From the IMG/VR virus record IMGVR_UViG_3300017766_002183, positions 1 through 42,190 of that record: 42,190 nucleotides of DNA. One strand, written 5' to 3'. The DNA is from a virus. Its lineage: Duplodnaviria; Caudoviricetes. Below the pieces are notes generated by a model. That model had not been told where the DNA came from. It saw only the letters and a list, made by a program, of their open reading frames with translations, and searched no databases. Below are positions 26,198 through 34,834 of the stretch, piece by piece (positions within the stretch are counted from its first letter, which is position 1; each line of letters opens with the position of its first letter). The position numbers and the translations under genes are program-made.

Positions 26198-26609
26198 AGG
26201 TGCAGTAGCCCGCGATCTGCTCGACGGCCTTAACTCGCGCGGCCTGTTGGAGTACGGCAGTGCGATCCCCACCACCCTGGTGCATGAGCTGCTGGGCTTG
26301 GAAATGCCAGAGCAAGCACCCAAAGCCGTCTACGACCGGCTGGCCATGGCCGAGCTGGCTGCCATCGACTTCTGCCGCAATGCCCTTCTGAGCCAAGGCA
26401 AGTATCTGGCAGGCACCTCTACCGGTTACCGCGTACTGCTGCCCAGCGAAAACAAGGGTCAGATCGACTCGTACATGGCGAGTGCAGACCGCAAGTTGTC
26501 CCGCGCGCTGCGCTTAAGCCGTAGCACTCCCGTCACCGCTGGCGTTCGCAGCGACCAGACCGAGGTGCGCATCCACATGAAAAAGCAGCACCTGCAGGAC
26601 GCGCGATGA
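26190..26609 (+). CDS. accessory protein of the RAMP cassette, possible winged-helix DNA-binding protein
   Basis: Overlaps the RAMP stop by 8 nt and the polymerase start by 4 nt; GAGGTG RBS; helix then KYLAGTSTGYRVLLPSE beta-hairpin then basic helix. Confidence 0.65.
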   Translation: MPKGAVARDLLDGLNSRGLLEYGSAIPTTLVHELLGLEMPEQAPKAVYDRLAMAELAAIDFCRNALLSQGKYLAGTSTGYRVLLPSENKGQIDSYMASADRKLSRALRLSRSTPVTAGVRSDQTEVRIHMKKQHLQDAR

Positions 26610-28672
26610 CCACCAAGCTCTGGCTCGACCTCGAAACCTATTCCGAGGTGCCCATCACCAACGGCACACATTCCTATGCGGCCGGCGCCGAGATCATGCT
26701 GTTTGCCTGGGCACTGGACGACGCCCCGGTGAACGTGTGGGATTGCGCAGCTGAGATAGTGGTGCCCGAAGCCCTTGCCGTAGCTCTCGAAGATCCGGAC
26801 GTAGAGGTGTGGGCACACAACAGCGGTTTCGACCGCACGGTGCTGCGCCACGCCATGGCGCAAGAGTGCCCACCCATCCCTCGCTGGCGCGACACCATGG
26901 TGCAAGCCCTGAGCCACGGCCTGCCCGGTGCGCTGGGCGTGCTGTGCGACATCCTCAAGGTGCCCACCGACTTGGCCAAGGACAAAGAGGGCAAGCAGCT
27001 GGTGCAACTGTTCTGCAAGCCGCGCCCAGCTACCAGCAAGATCCGACGCGCCACCCGCGAGACTCACCCCGCTGAGTGGGCCAAGTTCGTGGAGTACGCA
27101 CGGCTGGACATCGTGGCCATGCGCGAGGTGCACAAGCGCCTGCCGCTATGGAACTACCAAGGCACCGAGCTGGCACTCTGGCATCTCGACCAGGCCATCA
27201 ACGACCGGGGCGTGGCCATCGACATGACGCTGGTGCATGCCGCCATCGCTGCGGTGGACGCTGCCCAGAAGGATCTGGCCGAGCGCACCGTGGCGGCCAC
27301 CGACGGCCAGGTGTCCAGCACCACCAAGCGCGACGCCCTGATGCTGCACATCCTTGAGTCCTACGGTGTGGATCTGCCCGACTTGCAGATGTCCACCATC
27401 GAGCGCAGGCTGGCCGACCCGGATCTGCCCCAAGCGCTCAAGGATCTGCTGGCTATCCGCTTGCAAGCGTCCACCACCAGCACCAGCAAGTACAAAGCGC
27501 TGCTCAAGGGCACCAGCACCGACGGCCGCCTGCGTGGCACCCTGCAATTCAACGGTGCAGCTCGCACCGGGCGCTGGGCCGGTCGCCTGTTCCAGCCCCA
27601 GAACCTTGTACGGGGGACCATGAGCCAGCCCCAAGTGTTGGCCGCTATCGACTCTCTCAAGGCTGGTGCCGCTGATCTGGTGTTCGATAACGTGATGGAG
27701 GTGATATCCAACTGCACCCGCGGCTGCATCATCGCCCCACCCGGCAAGAAGCTGGTGGTGGCCGACTTGTCCAACATTGAGGGCCGCGACCAGGCATGGC
27801 TGGCCGGCGAGGCTTGGAAGCTCAAGGCCTTCCGCGCGTTCGATGCAGGCACCGGCTTCGACCTCTACAAGCTGGCCTATAGCAAGAGCTTTGGCGTAGA
27901 CCCCGCCAAGGTGACCAAGGACCAGCGCCAAGTGGGCAAGGTGCAGGAGCTGGCGCTGGGCTACGAGGGCGGTGTCGGTGCGTTCGTTACCTTTGCCGCT
28001 GCGTATGGCATCGACTTAGAAGAGCTGGCCACCAAGGTGCTGCCGGTTGCACCAGGTTGGGCCGTGGACGAGGCCAGCGGATTCTTCGAGTGGACCGAGA
28101 AGCAAAAGCGCGAAACCTTTGGCCTCTCCCGCGATGCGTTCGTGGCCTGCGATGCGATTAAACGCGGCTGGCGCAACGCCCATCCCGAGATCGCCATGCA
28201 CTGGTCCGAGCTCAAGGAGGTAACGGCCCAAGCTATCGACCACCCGGGCACCACGTTCGCCTGCCGCAAGGTGAAGATCCGGCGCGATGGCAACTGGCTG
28301 CGCATCGGCCTGCCCTCGGGCCGCGCGCTGTGCTACCCCTCGCCCCAGATGGTGGACGGGACCATCACCTACATGGGTATGAACCAGTACACCCGCAAAT
28401 GGAGCCGCCTCAAGACCTACGGCGGCAAGCTGTTCGAGAACATTTGCCAAGCCGTCGCCCGCGATGTGATGACGGCCAACATGCCCCTGATCGAGCAGGC
28501 CGGTTACCAGATCGTGCTGTCTGTGCACGACGAACTGATCACCGAAGCCCCCGACTCCCCCGAGTTCAACGCTGAACACCTGAGCAGTCTGCTGGCTGCT
28601 AACCCGCCCTGGGCGCCCGACATGCCGCTGGCTGCTGCTGGCTTTGAAACCCCTCGCTACAAAAAGGACTAG
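26606..28672 (+). CDS. family A DNA polymerase with 3'-5' exonuclease
   Basis: LWLDLETYS (ExoI), AHNSGFDR (ExoII), RTGRWAG, ADLSNIEGR (motif A), RQVGKVQELALGY (motif B), VHDE (motif C). Confidence 0.95.
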   Translation: MTTKLWLDLETYSEVPITNGTHSYAAGAEIMLFAWALDDAPVNVWDCAAEIVVPEALAVALEDPDVEVWAHNSGFDRTVLRHAMAQECPPIPRWRDTMVQALSHGLPGALGVLCDILKVPTDLAKDKEGKQLVQLFCKPRPATSKIRRATRETHPAEWAKFVEYARLDIVAMREVHKRLPLWNYQGTELALWHLDQAINDRGVAIDMTLVHAAIAAVDAAQKDLAERTVAATDGQVSSTTKRDALMLHILESYGVDLPDLQMSTIERRLADPDLPQALKDLLAIRLQASTTSTSKYKALLKGTSTDGRLRGTLQFNGAARTGRWAGRLFQPQNLVRGTMSQPQVLAAIDSLKAGAADLVFDNVMEVISNCTRGCIIAPPGKKLVVADLSNIEGRDQAWLAGEAWKLKAFRAFDAGTGFDLYKLAYSKSFGVDPAKVTKDQRQVGKVQELALGYEGGVGAFVTFAAAYGIDLEELATKVLPVAPGWAVDEASGFFEWTEKQKRETFGLSRDAFVACDAIKRGWRNAHPEIAMHWSELKEVTAQAIDHPGTTFACRKVKIRRDGNWLRIGLPSGRALCYPSPQMVDGTITYMGMNQYTRKWSRLKTYGGKLFENICQAVARDVMTANMPLIEQAGYQIVLSVHDELITEAPDSPEFNAEHLSSLLAANPPWAPDMPLAAAGFETPRYKKD

Positions 28673-28676
28673 ACCC

Positions 28677-28769
28677 GTGAAATTCGTTTACTTCTACAAG
28701 TTCTATCGACGCATCGGCTTCCCCGTGATGCGGGCCATTCGCCGCGCTTGGAGCATGAGCCATGCGTGA
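28677..28769 (+). CDS. 30-aa basic/aromatic peptide (not in ORF track)
   Basis: GTG start after AAGGA; MKFVYFYKFYRRIGFPVMRAIRRAWSMSHA*; overlaps the next ATG. Confidence 0.5.
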   Translation: MKFVYFYKFYRRIGFPVMRAIRRAWSMSHA

Positions 28770-29061
28770 GTCCACCATCGAGAACCACCTCGTTCAGCGC
28801 GTCAAGGATCTGGGCGGTGAAGTGCGTAAAGTCAAATGGATCGGCCGCCACGGTGCGCCCGACCGGCTGGTGATGCTGCCCGCCGAGCTGAAGGACGGCC
28901 GGGCCACCTCACCGGCCTACCGCACCCTCTGGGTAGAGCTCAAGGCACCGGGCGAGAAAGCCAAACCCCACCAAGTGCGCGAGCACGACCGCATGCGCGC
29001 AATGGGCCAGCGCGTGCTGGTGATCAACAGCATCGACGGTGTGGAGGGCATGCTGGTATGA
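28762..29061 (+). CDS. VRR-NUC domain nuclease
   Basis: MRESTIE...GAPDRLV...WVELKAPG...HQ. Confidence 0.9.
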   Translation: MRESTIENHLVQRVKDLGGEVRKVKWIGRHGAPDRLVMLPAELKDGRATSPAYRTLWVELKAPGEKAKPHQVREHDRMRAMGQRVLVINSIDGVEGMLV

Positions 29062-29351
29062 AGTGCCTCGAAACCCGCAAGCGCAACGGCATGAAGTGGC
29101 GCCGCTACCGCACCGACGACGGCCGTATCGTCACCACGCTGGAGGTGCCCGAGTCCGTCCTGCGCGGAGCAGCACCCGCCGACCGTTTGGCCGCACGACT
29201 GGCAGCATGGGAGCGGGGCCAAGCCCAGCGCGCACGCCGCCATGCTGTACTCCAACGCATCGCCGAGGGCGTCAAGCCCCTGGCAATCGCCCACGAGCTG
29301 GGACTGAGCACCCGCGAAGTGCAACGCATCAAGCGAGTGCGCCATGCGTAA
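29058..29351 (+). CDS. hypothetical protein with C-terminal HTH
   Basis: ATGA-coupled start MKCLETRKR; GVKPLAIAHELGLSTREVQRIK. Confidence 0.7.
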   Translation: MKCLETRKRNGMKWRRYRTDDGRIVTTLEVPESVLRGAAPADRLAARLAAWERGQAQRARRHAVLQRIAEGVKPLAIAHELGLSTREVQRIKRVRHA

Positions 29352-30720
29352 AGCGTTCACCCCCCGCCCCTACCAGACCATGATCCGCGATCACATCCTG
29401 GACATGCCGCGCTCCGCTATCTGGGCCGGCATGGGCATGGGTAAGACCACCAGCACGTTCAATGCGCTGGATGTCGTGACGCTGGTGGAGAGCGACCCGA
29501 TTCTGGTGCTGGCCCCGCTGCGCGTGGCGCGGTCCACATGGCCCGACGAGGCCAGCAAGTGGCAGCACCTGCACGGCATGAGCGTGATGCCCATCGTCGG
29601 CACCGAGGCCGAACGACGCGCCGCCATCCGGCTGGACGCGCAGGTGTACACCACCAACTACGAGAATCTGGAATGGCTCGTTAACTACTGGGGCGACCGC
29701 TGGCCCTACCGCACCGTAGTCGCCGACGAGGCCACCAAGCTCAAGAGCTTCCGGCTTCGCCAGGGTGGCAAACGTGCGCAGGCTCTGGGCAAGGTGGCAC
29801 ACACCAAGATCAAGCGCTTTGTGGAGCTCACCGGCACACCCAGCCCCAACGGCCTCATCGATTTATGGGGGCAAATCTGGTTCTTGGATGCTGGCCAGCG
29901 CTTGGGCCGCACCTTCCAAGCCTTCAAAGACCGGTGGTTTCAGGCCAGCCCCGACGGCTTTGGCGTCAAGCCCCTGCCCTTCGCGCAAGAGCAGATTCAG
30001 GACCGGCTGCGCGATCTGTGCCTGACGGTGGACGCAAAGGATTGGTTCGACCTCAAGGAGCCCATCGTCAACAACATCTATGTGGATATGCCCATGCGTG
30101 CGCGCAAGCACTACGCGGAGATGGAAAAAGAGATGTTCACTCGGCTGGACGAGCACGAGGTCGAAGCCTTTGGCGCAGCGGCAAAAACCATCAAGTGCCT
30201 GCAAATCGCCAATGGCGCGGCCTACGTGGGCGACGGTAATACCGAATGGAAAGACCTGCACGACGAGAAGCTGCTGGCATTGGAGTCCATTGTCGAAGAG
30301 TCGGGCGGCACGCCCGTGCTGGTGGCCTACCACTTCAAGAGTGATCTGGCCCGCCTGCAGCGCGCGTTCCCCAAGGGCCGGGTGCTCGACGCCGACCCCA
30401 AGACCATCAAGGACTGGAACGCCGGGAAGATCCCCGTCCTGTTCGCCCACCCAGCCAGCGCCGGCCACGGCCTGAACTTGCAGGACGGCGGGAACATCCT
30501 GGTGTATTTCAGCCACTGGTGGAACCTAGAGGAACGCATGCAGATTCTGGAGCGCATCGGCCCCACCCGCCAGATGCAAGCCGGATATGACCGCCCTGTT
30601 TTCGTCCATAACTTGATAGCTCGGGATACCGTTGACGAGCTAGTCATGGCCCGCATAGAAACCAAGCGCGAGGTGCAGGACATCTTGCTGGACGCAATGA
30701 AACGTAAAGGAGTGAAGTGA
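29344..30720 (+). CDS. SNF2-like SF2 helicase
   Basis: GMGMGKT, VVADEA, LTGTP, SAGHGLNLQ, ERIGPTRQ. Confidence 0.93.
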   Translation: MRKAFTPRPYQTMIRDHILDMPRSAIWAGMGMGKTTSTFNALDVVTLVESDPILVLAPLRVARSTWPDEASKWQHLHGMSVMPIVGTEAERRAAIRLDAQVYTTNYENLEWLVNYWGDRWPYRTVVADEATKLKSFRLRQGGKRAQALGKVAHTKIKRFVELTGTPSPNGLIDLWGQIWFLDAGQRLGRTFQAFKDRWFQASPDGFGVKPLPFAQEQIQDRLRDLCLTVDAKDWFDLKEPIVNNIYVDMPMRARKHYAEMEKEMFTRLDEHEVEAFGAAAKTIKCLQIANGAAYVGDGNTEWKDLHDEKLLALESIVEESGGTPVLVAYHFKSDLARLQRAFPKGRVLDADPKTIKDWNAGKIPVLFAHPASAGHGLNLQDGGNILVYFSHWWNLEERMQILERIGPTRQMQAGYDRPVFVHNLIARDTVDELVMARIETKREVQDILLDAMKRKGVK

Positions 30721-31136
30721 TGACCATAACGAACGAAAGCACCACCCCCTTGCGGGGATGGCCACATGCCGACTCCTGCCGCCCCCGGCCTAGCGATGAC
30801 ACCGCGGACTCCACGCAGCCAAGTGAGGCCAGTGTGAACACCAAAGCCGTGCGAAAGCTGGCTGACGATTTGGACGCTGAATTTACTCAAGGACGAATCA
30901 GCAATCACAACGGAAGAAAGGCAGCGGCTGAAATCCGCCTGCTGATAGACCGGCTGGAGAAGGCTGAGAAAGATGCGGCAAGGCTGGATTGGTTGGAGAA
31001 GCACGACAAGCGCTACTACAACTACGACAAGATCAGTTGCATTGTTGGCAGTGGCTTTTCCCACGGATTTATCAGCGAGGGGGTTAACTCCACGCTGCGC
31101 GATGCAATCGACACCGCAATGGAGGCAAGCAAATGA
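30717..31136 (+). CDS. hypothetical protein
   Basis: Coupled start; KDAARLDWLE...LRDAIDTAM motif common in small phage early proteins. Confidence 0.65.
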   Translation: MMTITNESTTPLRGWPHADSCRPRPSDDTADSTQPSEASVNTKAVRKLADDLDAEFTQGRISNHNGRKAAAEIRLLIDRLEKAEKDAARLDWLEKHDKRYYNYDKISCIVGSGFSHGFISEGVNSTLRDAIDTAMEASK

Positions 31137-31936
31137 CCGACCTAATGAAACTGCACGATGAGGCGGTGGCCGCTGCGCTAGACGTTGCCGCACGAAGTCT
31201 GGGTGATCGAGACAACAAGACCCGAGCCGCCCTGCAATCAGCTATTGAGGCGCTGCAATCAGAGAACGCAGAGCACAAAGAAAACGCCATGCGCAATGCA
31301 CGGCAGGCAGTAGCGTTTCGAGCAGAGCGCGACCAGTTGCAAGCTAAGGTGGACGCTATGAGCAAGGGGGAGGCGGTGGCTGGCACCGTTGAAATTTTGC
31401 TTGAGGCCGCCGAAGTGCTGGATAAGGTGCGAAGTCAATGCGATGACGCATGGGAGCGCTTCGGTCTGCGAGATTATTTGCCAGATGAATTGCACGGCAC
31501 TGCGCTAATCGTTCGTGACGCAGCACCCAAGGCGTGGGCGATTTTCACAGCGGATGGCAACGCCCGTATGTGGTCAACCTACCGGCCGCACGTGCAAAAG
31601 TTGGCAGTCGCCGAAGGCCTAAAGATCACAGCCCTCTACGCCGAGATGCCGGTGCCAGCGCGGGCCGATGTCTCCCTCACCAATGAAGGAGACATGCCGC
31701 AAGCGCAAGGGGGTGGAGTAATTCGCTACCACACGCACTACCCGAGCGGACCAAACGATGGCACGCGGCGCGTTGGTGGGTGGTCTTACATCGACGCAAG
31801 CCAAGCTAAGTTTTATGCGGATGCTCTGGCGAGTGCCGATTGCGTGGAGCGCTTTGAGCCAGTGCAGCCGTTAAAGGTCACAGACCTTGGGCGCTATGCG
31901 CTGGAGCCGCATGCGCCCAAAGGAGTCAAGTCGTGA
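31133..31936 (+). CDS. hypothetical mosaic early protein
   Basis: GGAGG RBS, ATGA coupling, N-terminal coiled coil. Confidence 0.65.
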   Translation: MTDLMKLHDEAVAAALDVAARSLGDRDNKTRAALQSAIEALQSENAEHKENAMRNARQAVAFRAERDQLQAKVDAMSKGEAVAGTVEILLEAAEVLDKVRSQCDDAWERFGLRDYLPDELHGTALIVRDAAPKAWAIFTADGNARMWSTYRPHVQKLAVAEGLKITALYAEMPVPARADVSLTNEGDMPQAQGGGVIRYHTHYPSGPNDGTRRVGGWSYIDASQAKFYADALASADCVERFEPVQPLKVTDLGRYALEPHAPKGVKS

Positions 31937-32121
31937 ACCAAACCCCGACCAACGCCCTAGGCCAGCCAGCCCCCGGACGCACAGACTTCTCGCAATGGAC
32001 CCGGCAAGGCCTTGAGCAGTTTGCGCGACAGGCCGCTGACGAGAACCTGGTGCTGCGTGAAAACCTCAAAGCCGTGCATGAAGCATGGCGCAAGCTGGTT
32101 AAGGAGAAACCGAATGTCTGA
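31933..32121 (+). CDS. hypothetical protein
   Basis: AAGGAG RBS and GTGA coupling. Confidence 0.65.
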   Translation: MNQTPTNALGQPAPGRTDFSQWTRQGLEQFARQAADENLVLRENLKAVHEAWRKLVKEKPNV

Positions 32122-32341
32122 CCTTTTCCTCACCGAGCTGGAGGTGGAAGAGCTCACCGGCTACGTGCAGGCGGCCAAACAGGTGGCGCACCTCAAGGCG
32201 CAAAAGATCCCGTTCCACACCAACCGCTGCGGCCAGCCCCGGGTGGCCCGTGCGGTGTTGGAGGGTGGCCGCCAACCGGCCGCCCCCAAGAAGTCCAAAG
32301 AATGGAGTCCAGCATGGGCCGCAAACCTACCCGGAACCTGA
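32114..32341 (+). CDS. DUF4224-type excisionase / recombination directionality factor
   Basis: MSDLFLTELEVEELTGY...Q...L...IPF...GQPRV; AAGGAG RBS; overlaps the integrase start. Confidence 0.82.
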   Translation: MSDLFLTELEVEELTGYVQAAKQVAHLKAQKIPFHTNRCGQPRVARAVLEGGRQPAAPKKSKEWSPAWAANLPGT

Positions 32342-33357
32342 ACCTGCCCACCCGCATGCGGGCGCGGGTGCGTAACGGCACGACCTACTACTTCTATGAC
32401 GCGGGCGGCAAGCCCCGCAAAGAGGTAGCGCTGGGCACCGACTACGTGCTGGCAGTGCGCAAGTGGGGTGAGCTGCACCAGGCAGCCCCTACGGTGGCGA
32501 TCACCGTGGGCTGGGCCATTGCCAAGTATCTGGCGAGCCCGCAGTTTGAAGAGGTGGGACTGGGCACGCAGGCCGACTATCGCTATGCACTGGAGAAGCT
32601 GCTCACGGCTTTCGGCGACGCGCCCATGGACGCAGTGAAGCCCAGCCATGTGCAGCTTTATCTGGATCAGCGCACTGCGGGCAATGCCGATCTGAAAGGC
32701 AGCCGCCACCGGGCGCTGCGCGAGAAGGCCGTGATGTCTATGCTGTACTCGTGGGCGCAGGCCCGAGACTTCTGCACCACCAACCCGGTGGCCCTGATCA
32801 AGACCAAGCGCCTGCCGGGGCGCAAGAACGTCTATATCGAGGATGACATGCTGGAGTCGGTCTACAAGGTGGCCAGCCCCGCCCTGCGCGATGCCATCGA
32901 CTTGGCGTTCTACACCGGCCAGCGCCCGGGTGATGTGCTGCAGATGTCCGAGACCGACATCCGCGACGGGGTGCTCACCTTCGGCCAAGACAAGACGGGC
33001 AGGCCCATGCGCATCGCGGTGCAGGGGGATCTGGCCAAGCTGGTGGAGCGCATGCTGGAGCGCAAGCGCAAGTTCGCAGTGCGCCCGTTGCAGCTGCTGG
33101 TGGACGAGCTGGGCAAACCTATGACCAAGCCCAAGCTGCGCACCCGGTTCGAGGCTGCGCGCGAGAAGGCCGGTATCGACGGGGCTGCGTTCCAGTTCAG
33201 GGATCTACGCAGGAAAGCCGCGGCCGATCTGCGCGACCAGGTGAACATCGAAGCCAGCCAGCAACTGCTCGGCCATTCAAGCGTCACCATGACAGAACAC
33301 TATGCCGGGGGCAAAGCGCGTAAAGTCACGGCCATGCCGAAGAAGGGAATCCAATGA
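32314..33357 (+). CDS. int: tyrosine integrase
   Basis: TGQRPGD (R), QDKTG (K), FRDLR, LLGH, TEHY (Y); N-terminal arm-binding YYFYD segment. Start is 32314 or 32302. Confidence 0.93.
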   Translation: MGRKPTRNLNLPTRMRARVRNGTTYYFYDAGGKPRKEVALGTDYVLAVRKWGELHQAAPTVAITVGWAIAKYLASPQFEEVGLGTQADYRYALEKLLTAFGDAPMDAVKPSHVQLYLDQRTAGNADLKGSRHRALREKAVMSMLYSWAQARDFCTTNPVALIKTKRLPGRKNVYIEDDMLESVYKVASPALRDAIDLAFYTGQRPGDVLQMSETDIRDGVLTFGQDKTGRPMRIAVQGDLAKLVERMLERKRKFAVRPLQLLVDELGKPMTKPKLRTRFEAAREKAGIDGAAFQFRDLRRKAAADLRDQVNIEASQQLLGHSSVTMTEHYAGGKARKVTAMPKKGIQ

Positions 33358-33680
33358 AAACAGATCGGAAGCTGCTGGAGCTGGCAGCCAAGGCCGCGGG
33401 GTGGGTGTCGTGGGACTGGCTAGGTGGCGACGACGTGCTGAATGTGTACGACGCGGACGGAAGGCACGACAATTTCGCACCGCACACCGATGACGGCGAG
33501 GCCTTGCGGCTGGCCGTAGCCATGTACTTCGACGTTAGCGTGGACAGGCACGAGGGCCGCGTCTACGTCACTCACACCGGTGCCCCGTGGGCCGAAGGCG
33601 TGCCGCTGGGTGATGACCCGAACGCGGCAACGCGCCGCGCAATCGTTCTAGCAGCAGCAGCTATCGGTGAGGGGATCTAA
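33354..33680 (+). CDS. conserved phage hypothetical protein
   Basis: DRKLLELAAKAAG...PHTDDGEALRLAV...ATRRAIVLAAAAIG; ATGA-coupled to int. Confidence 0.75.
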   Translation: MKTDRKLLELAAKAAGWVSWDWLGGDDVLNVYDADGRHDNFAPHTDDGEALRLAVAMYFDVSVDRHEGRVYVTHTGAPWAEGVPLGDDPNAATRRAIVLAAAAIGEGI

Positions 33681-33784
33681 TTTCCTCAAAATCGCTTGTA
33701 ACCCATATTCTGCGTGGGTCATCGATTTTGTAAACGCGGAAGTAAAACACCCCGCAAAGCCGCATGAATCCTAGAGAGTGCCAG

Positions 33785-33840
33785 AGTTTCAGGTACTAGC
33801 GAGTAACATCGTGGAGGTTCGAGTCCTCTTCTGGGCACCA
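33785..33840 (+). other. attP core: 3' part of tRNA-Leu(CAG)
   Basis: AGT-TTCAGGT-ACT anticodon arm, long variable arm, GGAGG-TTCGAGT-CCTCT T-arm, ends in CACCA; no 5' acceptor strand or D-arm; near the integrase. Confidence 0.88.
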
Positions 33841-33868
33841 CCGAATATACAGGTGGAAAGTTGAAAGT

Positions 33869-33891
33869 AGCCGCTAACAAGCGGCTTTTTT
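33869..33891 (+). terminator. intrinsic terminator after the tRNA fragment
   Basis: AGCCGCT-AACA-AGCGGCT-TTTTT. Confidence 0.8.
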
Positions 33892-33892
33892 C

Positions 33893-33923
33893 ATTTCCGC
33901 AATTGGTTTCTATTTCCGCAATT
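33893..33923. repeat. direct repeat ATTTCCGCAATT x2, candidate integrase arm-type sites
   Basis: Exact 12-mers at 33893-33904 and 33912-33923; related half-matches near 33680 and 33736 (inverted) on the other side of the core. Confidence 0.6.
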
Positions 33924-34372
33924 CAAAGCACTTGGATCTCGGCCTCGCGTCGGATCGTCAGGCCTCTGAGCACCCGGCCCCCCGCCTTGTTCCACTTGCG
34001 CAGTTCGTCGGGCACCGCGTCCCAATCGTCTTCGTTCACCCGCTTACGCAGGGTGCTGGTGCGCAACTTCCCTGATCCAAGATTGAACGTCCAGTCGATC
34101 AGTGCAGCCACACGGCCGGGGGTTTCGAGGTGCAACCGAGGGCACCACTTCAACACCGCAGGCAGGTAGACCCTGCGGATCATCCACACCAGCAAGGCCT
34201 CGGCCCGTTGTCGGGTGATTGGTGCATCGCGCAGGGTGACCGGCGTGCCGTCTTCGTAGTAGGTGGCGCCGTAGCCAATCGTGGGCACGCCAGCTGGGCA
34301 CAAGTACGGGGTCAGATATAGCCCCTCGAACCTGCGCGCCAGATTTGCCGCGATGGCCACCGCGTCCATCAC
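33923..34372 (-). CDS. endolysin, GH24 lysozyme
   Basis: FEGLYLTPYLCPAGVPTIGYG, FNLG and GLTIRREAE motifs. Confidence 0.93.
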   Translation of the reverse strand: MMDAVAIAANLARRFEGLYLTPYLCPAGVPTIGYGATYYEDGTPVTLRDAPITRQRAEALLVWMIRRVYLPAVLKWCPRLHLETPGRVAALIDWTFNLGSGKLRTSTLRKRVNEDDWDAVPDELRKWNKAGGRVLRGLTIRREAEIQVL

Positions 34373-34833
34373 TTACCCCGCTTGGCGAGGCGACGGTCGG
34401 CGAGGTATAGACCCAAGGCCGCGAAGCAAACCGCCGCCGTGTTCTCCGACATGATGAAGGCTCCGATCTCGGCGAGCGTCAGCATGACCACCGACCACGT
34501 GGCCACAGCCGGGGTGATGGCGGCGTTCCAGCCGTCGATCAAGCGTAGGCCAGTCTGCCGACCTACGCGCTTGACGCCCTCACCGAAGGTATCCGCGTCG
34601 ATCCGCTCAAGGTCGGCCTCGGCCTGAACCTGAATAGTCTTAACACCCAGCTCGGCCTGCACCCGGATGGCTTCAATGTTGCGGGCGTGGGCTGCCGCGT
34701 CCAGCTCGGCGCCGACACGCATGCGCTCGACCTCGAACTGATGGTCTTGCTTCTTGGTCACCCAAGCAGCGAGCTCGCCCCAGATCATGCGAAACGCAGA
34801 GCCACCGAGGAAGGAAAGGATCGAGGTCAGCAT
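34369..34833 (-). CDS. membrane protein of the lysis cassette (holin-like)
   Basis: N-terminal amphipathic segment and two C-terminal TM segments; adjacent to the endolysin. Confidence 0.6.
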   Translation of the reverse strand: MLTSILSFLGGSAFRMIWGELAAWVTKKQDHQFEVERMRVGAELDAAAHARNIEAIRVQAELGVKTIQVQAEADLERIDADTFGEGVKRVGRQTGLRLIDGWNAAITPAVATWSVVMLTLAEIGAFIMSENTAAVCFAALGLYLADRRLAKRGK

Positions 34834-34834
34834 C

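Noticed and set aside
33190-33215. Integrase inactivated because HxxR reads RDLR
   Set aside because: The other catalytic residues are intact, this His position is known to vary among tyrosine recombinases, and attP is intact.
33785-33840. Functional phage tRNA gene
   Set aside because: The 5' acceptor strand and D-arm are missing; it is better explained as the attP core.
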